NCBI GenBank assembly: GCA_039586755.1
Contig: JBDHJU010000011.1
Location: forward strand, 14,412 to 78,411
Reading direction: 5' to 3'
Source: Gemmatimonadota bacterium
Lineage (GTDB): Bacteria > Gemmatimonadota > Gemmatimonadetes > Palauibacterales > KS3-K002
Length of the DNA: 64,000 nucleotides
The notes under the pieces: generated by a model
What the model saw: the letters and a program-made list of their open reading frames with translations, nothing else
Databases searched by the model: none
Told to the model about the DNA's origin: nothing
Program-made: the position numbers and the translations under genes
Part shown: positions 37,774-47,726 of the stretch, in pieces
Numbering within the stretch: position 1 is the first letter of the stretch
How the letters are laid out: every line of letters starts with the position of its first letter

Positions 37774-37784
37774 GTGGGAGACGT

Positions 37785-39095
37785 ATGAGGCGAAGGGGCT
37801 TGACGGCAATCGGCATCGCCGCGTTGGCCGTCCCGTTGCTGGCGGCCGCTGGGTCGGCGGTCATTCTCGATTGCGGGCCGGCGCGGTCCGCTCCCCAGGA
37901 GGAAGCCGGGCGGTCCAAGATCCGTGTCGACGGCGAGTACGGCCTCTGGGTGCGGGAGATCGGTGACTCGTTGCAGATGCGCTGGTTTACACGGGAACAC
38001 GGTGTGGGGTACCTGGAAGTGGTCGTCGACGGCGGAGCGGTCTACGGGGTCGAGACCGAGCCCAGCACGGCCCACGCCGCGTCGTTTCCTAAGCCGGCCG
38101 CACCCGAGCTGACGCTGCGCTACGGTGGTCGCGGGGATCCGCAGGACGCGCACGAGACGGTCATCTACTTCGACCTGCCGCAACGCCCGATCGAGACAGA
38201 GTTCGAGGGCGTCGACACGCTCTTCGTCGTCGGTGATGTCCACGGTCAGTACGACACGCTCACCGCGCTGTTTCGCAACGCCGGCCTCATCGACGGCGAC
38301 GATCGCTGGACCGGCGGCCACAAATGGATCGTGCTGCTCGGCGACCTGGTCGATCGCGGGCCCGATGTCCACAAGGTCTTGTGGTTTCTGTACGAGCTGG
38401 AGCGCGACGCGACGCGACAGGGCGGCCGCGTCCAGGTCCTGTTGGGCAATCACGAGATCATGGCGATGAGCGACGACCCCCGGTACGTGTCGGCGAAAGA
38501 GAGGCTGATCGCCCAGAATCACGGCGTCGCATACTGGCAGCTGTTCGACCCGCGAAGCTCGATTCTCGGGAAGTGGCTTGCATCGAAACCGGCGCTGATC
38601 AGAATCGACAGGGTGGTACTAGCGCACGGTGGTGTCGGTCCCGAGTACATGGCCTACTCGATCCCCGAGTTCGACGACTCGCTGGGGCTGTTCATGAGCG
38701 AGGAGTGGTTCTACCGCATGGCCGACAGCACAGCTGCTTACACCCCACTGGACTCGGTGACGCTCTTCCGTCGCATCGACTTCTTCTTCGACGAAAACAG
38801 CGTCTTCTGGTATCGGGGCTACATGCATACCGATACCCTCTATACCGATAGCCTCGCGTCAGTACTCCAGCAGGTTCTCGAGCGGCACGACAGCGACCTC
38901 CACGTGGTCGGCCACACGGCGGTCGATTCGATCCAGACAATGTACGATGGATCTTTGGTCGCTGTGGACCTGAAGGAAGCGGCAACGGAGATGCTCCTCC
39001 TGGTACGCAGTCCCGAGAGTTACGAGCGGTATCGCTATACTTTGTCGGGGCCGCCGCAGCCGCTCGAGATCCCCGTCGCCGCCGGCGGCGGGTAG
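37785..39095 (+). CDS. PPP-family metallophosphatase, Shewanella-like phosphatase (SLP) type, with an N-terminal signal-like segment and an extra N-terminal domain
   Basis: LFVVGDVHGQYDTL, LLGDLVDRGPD, LLGNHEIMAMSDDPRYV and LAHGG are the PPP motifs GDxHG / GDxxDRG / GNHE. N-terminus MRRRGLTAIGIAALAVPLLAAAG. The ORF is open from 37770, overlapping the upstream stop; GGGAG precedes the ATG at 37785. Confidence 0.75.
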   Translation: MRRRGLTAIGIAALAVPLLAAAGSAVILDCGPARSAPQEEAGRSKIRVDGEYGLWVREIGDSLQMRWFTREHGVGYLEVVVDGGAVYGVETEPSTAHAASFPKPAAPELTLRYGGRGDPQDAHETVIYFDLPQRPIETEFEGVDTLFVVGDVHGQYDTLTALFRNAGLIDGDDRWTGGHKWIVLLGDLVDRGPDVHKVLWFLYELERDATRQGGRVQVLLGNHEIMAMSDDPRYVSAKERLIAQNHGVAYWQLFDPRSSILGKWLASKPALIRIDRVVLAHGGVGPEYMAYSIPEFDDSLGLFMSEEWFYRMADSTAAYTPLDSVTLFRRIDFFFDENSVFWYRGYMHTDTLYTDSLASVLQQVLERHDSDLHVVGHTAVDSIQTMYDGSLVAVDLKEAATEMLLLVRSPESYERYRYTLSGPPQPLEIPVAAGGG

Positions 39096-39245
39096 CTCTT
39101 CCACCAGACCCACCGGACTCACGTTGGTCGAGGTATAGGCGCAGCCGAACGAACCACGAAACCGCCCATGGCGTCGGGTCGTAGAGGGCCCTAAGGTTCA
39201 CACCCGGGAGCCCCACCCATCTCAGTGCCTTTCGGTTGAGGTGAT

Positions 39246-41417
39246 ATGTACCCTTCTGCGGTGGGGCGCGTTCTTCTACTCCTGTCACTGGCGAGCGGGG
39301 CGATCACCCCGGCACAGACCCAGGAGCCGCTTCGTCCCCTGCGCACCGATGATCCGCCGGTGATCGATGGCGACCTGGCAGACCCGGTGTGGCAGGAGGC
39401 CCCCCAGCTTTCCGAGTTCATGACGTGGGCGCCGGACTACGGCAAAGAGATGCTCGGCGCGACAACGGTATACATGGCTCACGATGCGTCGAACCTCTAC
39501 TTCGCCTTTCGCTCCTTCGACGCCGAGCCCGAGAAGATCAAGACGTCGATCACCAGCCGGGACAACATATGGCGGGAAGATTGGGTCGCCATCAACCTCG
39601 ACTCGTTCAACGATCAGCAATCGCTCTACGCGCTTTACATCAATCCGCACGGCATCCAGGCGGACAGCCGCTATGCCGCAGGCCACGAGGACCGCAGCTT
39701 CGATCTGGTCTGGTACAGTGCCGGCCGAGTGGACGAGGCCGGGTACACCGTCGAGGTGCAGATACCGCTCAAGAGCATCCGCTACGCCGAGGGAGACTCG
39801 GTCAGCATGGGGGTCATCTTCGAGCGCCACATCAGCCGCCGCTCGGAGTATGGCAGTTGCCCGCCACTCGATCCGAATCAGCAGGAGTGGCTCACTCAGA
39901 TGGCGCCGATGGTCTTCCACGACCTCGAGCGCTCGAAGCTGTTGGAAGTGATTCCGGCCGCGACTTACGCGTACAGCGAGGCGCTGGAGGAGGGCGGGCT
40001 GGCCACTGACGAGCGGCAGGGCGAGCTCAGCCTGACCGCCAAATACGGCGTCACCTCGGACCTGATCTTGGACGGTACCTACAATCCCGACTTCAGCCAG
40101 GTCGAAGCCGATGCCGGGCAGGTAGATGTCAACCTGCGCTACCAACTCTACTTTCCCGAGAAGCGGCCGTTCTTTCTCGAGGCGCGCGAGAACTTCACCG
40201 TCGCCGCCACCGCATCATCGGAGAGGGATCCCGTTCAGTCGATCGTCTACACCAGGACGATCGTCGATCCCGTCGCCGGGTTCAGGCTGTCGGGCAAGCT
40301 CGGTGCCAAGAACACCGTGGCCTCGATCTACGCGGCTGACCAGCTGCCGGAACCCGAGCCTGCGTCGGGCGCCGGTTACGCCCACTTCCCCATACTGCGG
40401 TACAAGCGGACGCTAAACGAGGACAGCTACGTCGGGGGTATCATCGCCGGCCGTGAACTGCGGCATCAATACAACCGTTTGGCAGGAGTCGACGGTCAGC
40501 TGCGTGTCAGCGATTCCAGCATGCTCGGGTTTCACGGCCTCTTCTCTTGGGCCCGGCAGAGTCTCGCGACCCTGGCGGTAGAGGGACGGTCCCTCAGTGC
40601 ACAGTACTCGCACGGGACCCGCGACCTCGACTACGGCCTGGCCGTGAACGACGTCTCAGAGGATTTCCGTGCCGAGATGGGTTACGTGATCCGTACGGGG
40701 ATACTCCAGTTCAGTGGCCTGCTCAAACCGAAGATCTACCCGAACTCGAACGTCCTGCGACGGATCGACATCGAGCTTTTCTCGGCTCAGACCGAGGACA
40801 GGTTCAGCGGGCTATGGGAGACGTTCAATCACGTCTCGATGCTGAACCGCCTTTGGGGAAGCCTGACCCTCAAGCTGAAATACTCGTATTCGACTGAGAT
40901 CTTCCTCGGTCAGCGATTCCGGACCGGTGGGTTCCACGTATTCGGCGGCGGCCAGTTTACCCGGCAGCTCTATTTGGGAGTCCTCTACAGGAACGTCGGG
41001 TCGATCTTCTACTCGGAAGACCCGTATCAGGGTCGCAGCAACGTGTTGCGGGCCGACCTCGTCTATCAGCCGTCGGACAAACTGCGTTCCGAGCTGAGCT
41101 TCACTTACAGTGACTTCTATCGGGAGTCGGACGGACAGAAGATCTATAACTACCCGATCGTTTGGGGAAAACTGACTTACCAGTTCAACAAGTATCTCTT
41201 CCTGCGCGGGATCCTCGAGTACAACGACTTCCGGGATGAGATGCTCACCGACCTCTTGGTTTCCTTTACCTACATTCCGGGCACCGTGATCCACATCGGC
41301 TATGGCGCTCTCTTGGACAAGATCGAATGGAGGAACGGCGAATACGTGGAGGGTGACAGGTTCCGCCAGACCCGGAGGCGATTCTTCTTCAAGGCGTCGT
41401 ATCTCTGGCGGATCTAG
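39246..41417 (+). CDS. CBM9-like plus DUF5916-type large secreted/outer-membrane protein
   Basis: Signal peptide VLLLLSLASGAITPAQTQ. DDPPVIDGDLADPVWQEAPQLSEF...NLYFAFRSFD is a CBM9-like N-terminal domain. A long beta-rich region follows, including GTYNPDFSQVEADAGQVDVN, which the second copy shares as NPDFGQVEADPAVVN. Confidence 0.6.
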   Translation: MYPSAVGRVLLLLSLASGAITPAQTQEPLRPLRTDDPPVIDGDLADPVWQEAPQLSEFMTWAPDYGKEMLGATTVYMAHDASNLYFAFRSFDAEPEKIKTSITSRDNIWREDWVAINLDSFNDQQSLYALYINPHGIQADSRYAAGHEDRSFDLVWYSAGRVDEAGYTVEVQIPLKSIRYAEGDSVSMGVIFERHISRRSEYGSCPPLDPNQQEWLTQMAPMVFHDLERSKLLEVIPAATYAYSEALEEGGLATDERQGELSLTAKYGVTSDLILDGTYNPDFSQVEADAGQVDVNLRYQLYFPEKRPFFLEARENFTVAATASSERDPVQSIVYTRTIVDPVAGFRLSGKLGAKNTVASIYAADQLPEPEPASGAGYAHFPILRYKRTLNEDSYVGGIIAGRELRHQYNRLAGVDGQLRVSDSSMLGFHGLFSWARQSLATLAVEGRSLSAQYSHGTRDLDYGLAVNDVSEDFRAEMGYVIRTGILQFSGLLKPKIYPNSNVLRRIDIELFSAQTEDRFSGLWETFNHVSMLNRLWGSLTLKLKYSYSTEIFLGQRFRTGGFHVFGGGQFTRQLYLGVLYRNVGSIFYSEDPYQGRSNVLRADLVYQPSDKLRSELSFTYSDFYRESDGQKIYNYPIVWGKLTYQFNKYLFLRGILEYNDFRDEMLTDLLVSFTYIPGTVIHIGYGALLDKIEWRNGEYVEGDRFRQTRRRFFFKASYLWRI

Positions 41418-41628
41418 CCGCCAACCCTGGCCTCCGATGGACTGTCCAACTGTGGCGAAGGGCCGGGTGAGGGCCTGGCTGTGGCGGCCAGGGCGTTGCT
41501 TGACCCACCGAACCAGGTGTCCGATTATGGGACTGGCCGATCCCACAGGCAGACACCCGGCGGCAGCTCCGGGGCCCGGATATCCTGGAATCTGTTGGGC
41601 TTCAGGCGTGCCGGGACGGTGCGGGCCT

Positions 41629-41643
41629 TGGCACGGATCTTCC
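41629..41643 (+). promoter_or_regulatory. Candidate sigma-54 (-24/-12) promoter upstream of the macA-like gene
   Basis: TTGGCACGGATCTTCC compared with the consensus TGGCAC-N5-TTGC: the -24 element and spacing are perfect, and the -12 element reads TTCC (one mismatch). It lies about 77 nt upstream of the TTG start at 41720. A sigma-54-dependent activator is encoded two genes downstream. Confidence 0.4.
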
Positions 41644-41719
41644 CCCTACGAATCCGCACGAGGGTTAGATCCGTATGAGAGACTGAAGGTATGGGTTTCA
41701 CCTCACAGGGGTGACTTAA

Positions 41720-42964
41720 TTGGATATCAAGCGGGAACCGCGGCCGAAGACAAAGCGCTGGGTTTACCTTGGCGTTGGGATCGTCGCGGTCGTCGTGATC
41801 ACGGTGGCCCTGGGTCGGTTGGGGCCTGCCGCCCCCGGCGTCGACCGGTCGAGTGTTTGGACCGACGTGGTAAAGCGGGGCGAGATGGTGCGGCAGGTCC
41901 GTGGCCCGGGGAACCTGGTCTCGGAGCAGGTGCGCTACATCGCGGCGCTGACGGCCGGGCGCGTCGAGCGTAGGTTTGTGGAGCCCGGGGCCGTGGTGGA
42001 TAGTGCGACGGTGCTGCTGGTGCTCAGCAATCCCGACGTCGAGATCCAGGCGCTGGACGCGCAGCGTCAGCTGACCGCGGAAGAAGCCCGCCTCGTGGAT
42101 CTGCGGACGCGGCTGGAGAACCAGCGGCTGAGCCAGGAAGGGTTGGTGGCGACGGTCCACGCCCAGTACCAGGAGTCGATGCGAAACGTCGCCCGGGACG
42201 AAGAGCTCGCGGGAAGAGGCCTGCTCTCGGATATCGACCTGCAGACCTCCCGCGACAGGGCGGAGGAACTGGAGAAGCGGTGGGACATCGAACAGCAGCG
42301 GTTGGCCGTGATGACTGACGCGGTGGAGACCCAACTTTCGGCGCAACGGGCCCAGGTCGAGTGGCTGCGCTCGATCGCCGTGTTCAAGGAAAACCTTGTA
42401 AGCTCGATGATAGTGGTGGCCGGTGTGTCGGGTGTGCTGGCCGACCTGCAGTGGGAACCAGGCCAGTGGGTGAGGCCGGGGGACGAGCTGGCGCGGATCG
42501 TACAGCCCGGCCGGCTGAGGGCGGAGGTGCGGATCCCCGAGACCCAGGCACGCGACGTGGCGATCGGGCAGCTGGCGCTGATCGACACGCGCCCCGACAC
42601 GGTTATGGGGCGAGTGATGCGGATCGATCCCGCGGTTGCGGGCGGCAGCGTGACCGTCGATGTGCGGCTCGAGGGCGAGTTGCCGAAGGAAGCGCGTCCG
42701 GATCTAAGCATCGACGGAACCATCGAGATCGAGCGCCTGACCGATGTCCTCTACGTGTCGCGGCCGACGTACGGGCAGCCGAACAGCTTGGTCGGGCTGT
42801 TCAAGGTCGTCGAAGACGGGAACGCCGCCGTGCGGGTCAGGGTGCGACTGGGCCGCGCATCGGTCAATACGATAGAGATCATTGAAGGCTTGATTGAGGG
42901 TGACGAGGTTATCGTGAGTGACATGTCGACCTGGGACGAGTACGACCGGGTACGACTGCGGTAG
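41720..42964 (+). CDS. HlyD/MacA-family periplasmic adaptor (membrane fusion protein)
   Basis: N-terminal anchor WVYLGVGIVAVVVITVA, a long coiled-coil segment, and beta-barrel/lipoyl-like parts (GEMVRQVRGPGNLVSEQVRYIAA...VLSNPD...V). TTG start. Confidence 0.75.
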   Translation: MDIKREPRPKTKRWVYLGVGIVAVVVITVALGRLGPAAPGVDRSSVWTDVVKRGEMVRQVRGPGNLVSEQVRYIAALTAGRVERRFVEPGAVVDSATVLLVLSNPDVEIQALDAQRQLTAEEARLVDLRTRLENQRLSQEGLVATVHAQYQESMRNVARDEELAGRGLLSDIDLQTSRDRAEELEKRWDIEQQRLAVMTDAVETQLSAQRAQVEWLRSIAVFKENLVSSMIVVAGVSGVLADLQWEPGQWVRPGDELARIVQPGRLRAEVRIPETQARDVAIGQLALIDTRPDTVMGRVMRIDPAVAGGSVTVDVRLEGELPKEARPDLSIDGTIEIERLTDVLYVSRPTYGQPNSLVGLFKVVEDGNAAVRVRVRLGRASVNTIEIIEGLIEGDEVIVSDMSTWDEYDRVRLR

Positions 42965-42994
42965 TGAACTCGAAACGAGAGCGAAGACAGAACA

Positions 42995-43732
<738 letters not shown>

Positions 43733-43807
43733 AGAGATCCCCTTTCTAGGCACGCTGCTCCACTAGGTGGATTCGTGTGCCCGGAGGGACCGTAGGAAGG
43801 CATCCGC

Positions 43808-45181
43808 GTGAGCCAACCGTCCGCTTGCTACCGCGTACTCATCGCCGATGACCAGCCCGACGTGCTGCAGGCTCTTCGCCTGCTGCTGAAGGGCGAGGGC
43901 TTCGAGATCGAGACCGCCACTTCACCGGCCGGCGTCCTGTCGGCAGTCGAGGCGCAGGACTTCGATGCCGTCCTCCTCGACCTCAATTACAGCCGCGATA
44001 CGACCTCGGGCCGCGAAGGCCTCGATCTGCTGGCCACGGTTCAGGTGCTCGACGACACGCTGCCCGTCATCGTGATGACCGCTTGGGCTAGCGTGGAAAC
44101 GGCGGTGGAGGCGATGCGGCGCGGCGCCCGCGACTACGTACAGAAACCGTGGGACAACGCGCGCCTGCTCACCACCTTGAGCACCCAGGTCGAGCTGGGA
44201 CGGGCGCTGCGCAAGGGTCAACGGCTAGAGCACGAGAACCTGCGACTGAGAAGGCAGGAGCTGCCCGGACTGATCGCCGAATCGCGCGCGATGCAACCGG
44301 TGCTCGAAATCATGGAGCGGGTCGCCGCATCGGATGCCAACGTCCTGATCAGCGGTGAGCACGGGACCGGCAAGGACGTGGTGGCAAGGTGGCTGCACGT
44401 GGCCTCCGATCGGGCGGCCAAGCCACTCGTTACGATAAACGCTGGCGGCATCTCCGAGACGCTGTTTGCCAGTGAACTGTTCGGGCATGTGAAGGGCGCG
44501 TTCACCGACGCCAAGTCCGACCGCATCGGCTGCTTCGAGCTGGCACATAGCGGAACACTCTTTCTGGATGAAATTGCCAACGTCCCCATCCAGCAGCAGG
44601 CCAAGCTGTTGCGTGTGCTCGAGACCGGCGAACTACAACGCGTCGGTTCATCGAAGACACGTCAGGTAGATGTCCGACTCCTATCGGCCACCAACGCGAA
44701 CATCTTCGAAGAGGTCGCCGAGGGGCGGTTCCGCGAGGACCTTCTATATCGGCTCAATACGGTTGAGATCGAGCTTCCTCCGCTGCGCGATCGGCGCGAG
44801 GATATTTCCCTACTGGCCAACAACTTCCTCCTGCGGATGGCCGAGCGGTATCGCAAGCCAGTTGAGCGCTTCGAGGCCGACGCGATGCAGGCGTTGCTGG
44901 AGCACACGTGGCCGGGCAACGTGCGTGAGCTCGAGCACGTGATCGAGCGCGCCGTCTTGATGGCGCGTGGAGCGGCGATCCGAGCCTCCGATTTGGGGCT
45001 GCGTTCGAGAAGCGACGGGGCCGCGCAGCTCGAGGAGATGAAACTGGAGGAGGCGGAGCGTTATCTTATCCAGAGGGCGCTCGAGCGGCATGGCGGCAAT
45101 GTGAGCCAGGCGGCTGCGGCGCTCGGCCTCAGCCGCAGCGCCCTATACCGGCGCCTCCAGCGCTACGACCTTCCACATTAG
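43808..45181 (+). CDS. Sigma-54-dependent NtrC-family response regulator (REC + AAA+ + Fis-type HTH)
   Basis: REC domain (LIADDQPD...AVLLDLNY); AAA+ domain with GEHGTGKDV and a GAFTDA variant of the GAFTGA loop; FLDEI; GNVRELEHVIERA; C-terminal HTH GNVSQAAAALGLSRSALYRRLQRY. Confidence 0.9.
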   Translation: MSQPSACYRVLIADDQPDVLQALRLLLKGEGFEIETATSPAGVLSAVEAQDFDAVLLDLNYSRDTTSGREGLDLLATVQVLDDTLPVIVMTAWASVETAVEAMRRGARDYVQKPWDNARLLTTLSTQVELGRALRKGQRLEHENLRLRRQELPGLIAESRAMQPVLEIMERVAASDANVLISGEHGTGKDVVARWLHVASDRAAKPLVTINAGGISETLFASELFGHVKGAFTDAKSDRIGCFELAHSGTLFLDEIANVPIQQQAKLLRVLETGELQRVGSSKTRQVDVRLLSATNANIFEEVAEGRFREDLLYRLNTVEIELPPLRDRREDISLLANNFLLRMAERYRKPVERFEADAMQALLEHTWPGNVRELEHVIERAVLMARGAAIRASDLGLRSRSDGAAQLEEMKLEEAERYLIQRALERHGGNVSQAAAALGLSRSALYRRLQRYDLPH

Positions 45182-45195
45182 AGCAGAAACGGCGG

Positions 45196-46512
45196 ATGAT
45201 AAGATTGCGCCACGAACAGCGCATACTCGTTATGACGCTGATCGCCGGGCTACCGGGTACGCTCGTGGCGACGATCTTGCTCTGGATAGGAGATTTCTCG
45301 ACCAAAGTCCAATGGACCTTCACGCTGTTGGTCGCCTCCATCTGGTTGGGGTACGCGTTCGCGGTGAGGGAGCGCGTCATCCGTCCTCTGCAGACACTCT
45401 CGAACATGCTCGCCGGTTTACGCGAGGGCGACTATTCCATCAGGGCAAGGCGCAGTAGTCCGAGAGGCCCGCTGGGACTCGCCATGCTGGAGGCGAACAT
45501 CCTCGGCGAAACGCTTCGCGAGCAGCGGCTCGGGGCCCTGGAGGCGACGGCGCTCTTGCGTCGCGTGATGGAAGAAATCGATGTGGCGGTCTTCGCGTTC
45601 GATGCGGAAGGCCGACTGCGGCTCGCCAATCGAGCTGCCGAGCGCCTGCTGGATCAGCCGCTGGAAAGGCTGATCGGCCGCGATGCGGGTTCGCTGGGCC
45701 TCTCCCGACCGCTGGAGGAAAATCCCGGGACCATGGACCTGACCTTCCAGGGCCGCCTGGGTCGCTGGGACGTGCGGCAGACGACGTTCCGTCAGGGCGG
45801 CGTGCCCCACCGGTTGTTAGTGCTGGCCGACCTCAGCCAGGCGCTGCGGCAGGAGGAGCGCCAGGCCTGGAAGCGCCTCATCCGTGTGTTGAGCCATGAG
45901 ATCAATAACTCGCTGGCCCCGATCAAGTCGACGGCGGAGAGCCTACTGAGCCTGACGCGTCGTGAGCCGAAGCCCGCCGACCTGGACGAGGACGTGGAGC
46001 AGGGGCTCAAAGTGATCGCCGGCCGCTCAGAGGCGCTGAGCCGCTTCATGGCCTCGTACGCCGACCTGGCGCGGCTGCCGCCGCCGGAGCTCGGTCCGGT
46101 CGAGGTCGGGGCCTGGGTTCGACGGATCGCCGAGCTCGAGACGCGCCTGCCGGTCACCGTCCGTGACGGGCCCGAACTGACGATCCTCGCCGATGGAGAC
46201 CAGCTCGACCAGCTGCTCATCAACCTGGTCAGGAACGGCGTGGATGCGGCGCTGGAAACGGGCGGCGCCGTGGAGGTTGGCTGGCGACGTAACGGGGGTA
46301 CGCTGGAAGTGTGGGTGCGGGATGAGGGTCCCGGGCTGTCCGAGACCAAGAATCTGTTTGTCCCCTTCTACAGCACCCGGCAGGGCGGTTCGGGGATCGG
46401 CCTCGTCCTCAGCCGCCAGATCGCCGAGGGCCACGGCGGGACCCTCGAGTTGCATAATCGGAGGGACCGTAGCGGCTGCGTTGCCATGCTGACGTTGCCG
46501 GAGGGTAGCTAG
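45196..46512 (+). CDS. Sensor histidine kinase (two TM helices, HAMP, PAS-like, HisKA, HATPase)
   Basis: H-box RVLSHEINNSLAPIKS, N-box LLINLVRNGVDA, and G-boxes RDEGPGL and GSGIGLVLS. It lies immediately downstream of the NtrC-type regulator. Confidence 0.85.
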   Translation: MIRLRHEQRILVMTLIAGLPGTLVATILLWIGDFSTKVQWTFTLLVASIWLGYAFAVRERVIRPLQTLSNMLAGLREGDYSIRARRSSPRGPLGLAMLEANILGETLREQRLGALEATALLRRVMEEIDVAVFAFDAEGRLRLANRAAERLLDQPLERLIGRDAGSLGLSRPLEENPGTMDLTFQGRLGRWDVRQTTFRQGGVPHRLLVLADLSQALRQEERQAWKRLIRVLSHEINNSLAPIKSTAESLLSLTRREPKPADLDEDVEQGLKVIAGRSEALSRFMASYADLARLPPPELGPVEVGAWVRRIAELETRLPVTVRDGPELTILADGDQLDQLLINLVRNGVDAALETGGAVEVGWRRNGGTLEVWVRDEGPGLSETKNLFVPFYSTRQGGSGIGLVLSRQIAEGHGGTLELHNRRDRSGCVAMLTLPEGS

Positions 46513-47726
46513 CCCGTCAGCACTTCCTCTCCATCCAGCCGCGCCACGATTACCGAGCCGCAAGAATCACTGAGCACGTTAACCGTGGTGCGGAACATGT
46601 CGAGGACTCGGTCAACCGCCAGAATTATCCCCACACCTTCGAGCGGCAATCCCACGGCGGCAAGTATGATCGACATCATCACCAGACCCGACATGGGCAC
46701 ACTGGCTGCGCCGATCGACGCGAGCAGCGCCGTGACGACGATGATCAGCTGCTGGTCGAAGGAGAGCGCAAAGCCGTAGACCTGTGCGATGAAGATCACG
46801 GCGACGCATTCGTAGAGCGCCGTACCATCCATGTTGACTGTCGCGCCGATCGGGAGCACGAACGAGGCGATCTTTTCTGACACTTTCGAGTTGTCGGTCA
46901 CCGCCTCCATCGTGAGCGGCAGCGTCACTATGGTGGAACAGGTAGAGAAGGCGGTCACCAAGGGCGGTGGCATCCCTTTGTAGTGTCGCCAGGGATTCTT
47001 GCGCGTCACGAGATAAACGAGCAATGGCAGCGTCACGCTGGCATGGATGAAGAGCCCGATTAGAACGACGACGAAGTAGAAGCCCAACGACCGAAACGCC
47101 TCGAAGCCCGTCGTCGCCACGATCGTGGCGTTTATTCCGAAGACGCCCAGCGGCGCCGACCAGATCACCAGTCGCGTCATCTTCATCATCGCCTGGAATG
47201 CCGCCTGAAACAAATCCCCCAACTGCGTTCGCTGCGGTTCCTTCAGCTGCGTGATGAAGTAGCCGAACAGGATGCAGAAGAATATCACCGGAAGAACATC
47301 GCCTTCGGCCAGCGACTGGAACGGGTTCTCCGGGATGATCCGTAGTATGAGGTCCTTGACACTCTGTTGTGCGGCCGGGATCTCGGTGACGGCTTCAGTG
47401 AGCTGGATGGCCGACCCGGCGCCGGGCCTGAAGATGTTCACCAGGATCTGGCCGGTCAGTATCGCCAGCAGGCTGCTAGTGACGTAGTATGCGAAGGTCT
47501 GCGCGCCCAGCAGGCCCAGGTTCTTCCGCTCGCCGACGCTGACGACCGCCGCGGTCAGAGATGTGATGATCAGCGGCATGATCGCCATGCGGAGGAGCCT
47601 GAGAAACACGTCGGACAAAGGCTCGGCTACCGGTACGATCGCTTCGCCGAACAGCTTACCGGCGAGCATACCGGCGAAGAGGCCGACGAATATCCAGAAT
47701 GTCAGCGATCTATAGGGGATCCTCAT
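46509..47726 (-). CDS. Dicarboxylate/amino acid:cation symporter (DAACS; DctA/GltP family)
   Basis: RMAIMPLIITSL..., FFCILFGYF, PIGATVNMDGTALYECVAVIFIAQ and ASIGAASVPMSGLVMM are hallmark DAACS segments. Confidence 0.88.
   Translation of the reverse strand: MRIPYRSLTFWIFVGLFAGMLAGKLFGEAIVPVAEPLSDVFLRLLRMAIMPLIITSLTAAVVSVGERKNLGLLGAQTFAYYVTSSLLAILTGQILVNIFRPGAGSAIQLTEAVTEIPAAQQSVKDLILRIIPENPFQSLAEGDVLPVIFFCILFGYFITQLKEPQRTQLGDLFQAAFQAMMKMTRLVIWSAPLGVFGINATIVATTGFEAFRSLGFYFVVVLIGLFIHASVTLPLLVYLVTRKNPWRHYKGMPPPLVTAFSTCSTIVTLPLTMEAVTDNSKVSEKIASFVLPIGATVNMDGTALYECVAVIFIAQVYGFALSFDQQLIIVVTALLASIGAASVPMSGLVMMSIILAAVGLPLEGVGIILAVDRVLDMFRTTVNVLSDSCGSVIVARLDGEEVLTG

Noticed and set aside
36024-37809. 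Two long minus-strand ORFs (354 aa and 290 aa) running antisense through the tandem kinase-like paralogs.
   Set aside because: They mirror each other only because the sense genes are duplicated. Their composition is His/Arg/Pro/Val-rich with no recognisable motif, and the sense strand carries the conserved catalytic-type motifs and the ribosome-binding sites.
46509-46512. Convergent kinase and DAACS genes share a palindromic CTAG, so their stop codons overlap and there is no room for terminators.
   Set aside because: This is a curiosity of tight packing, and such overlaps are common in compact GC-rich genomes. I see no further structure at the site.
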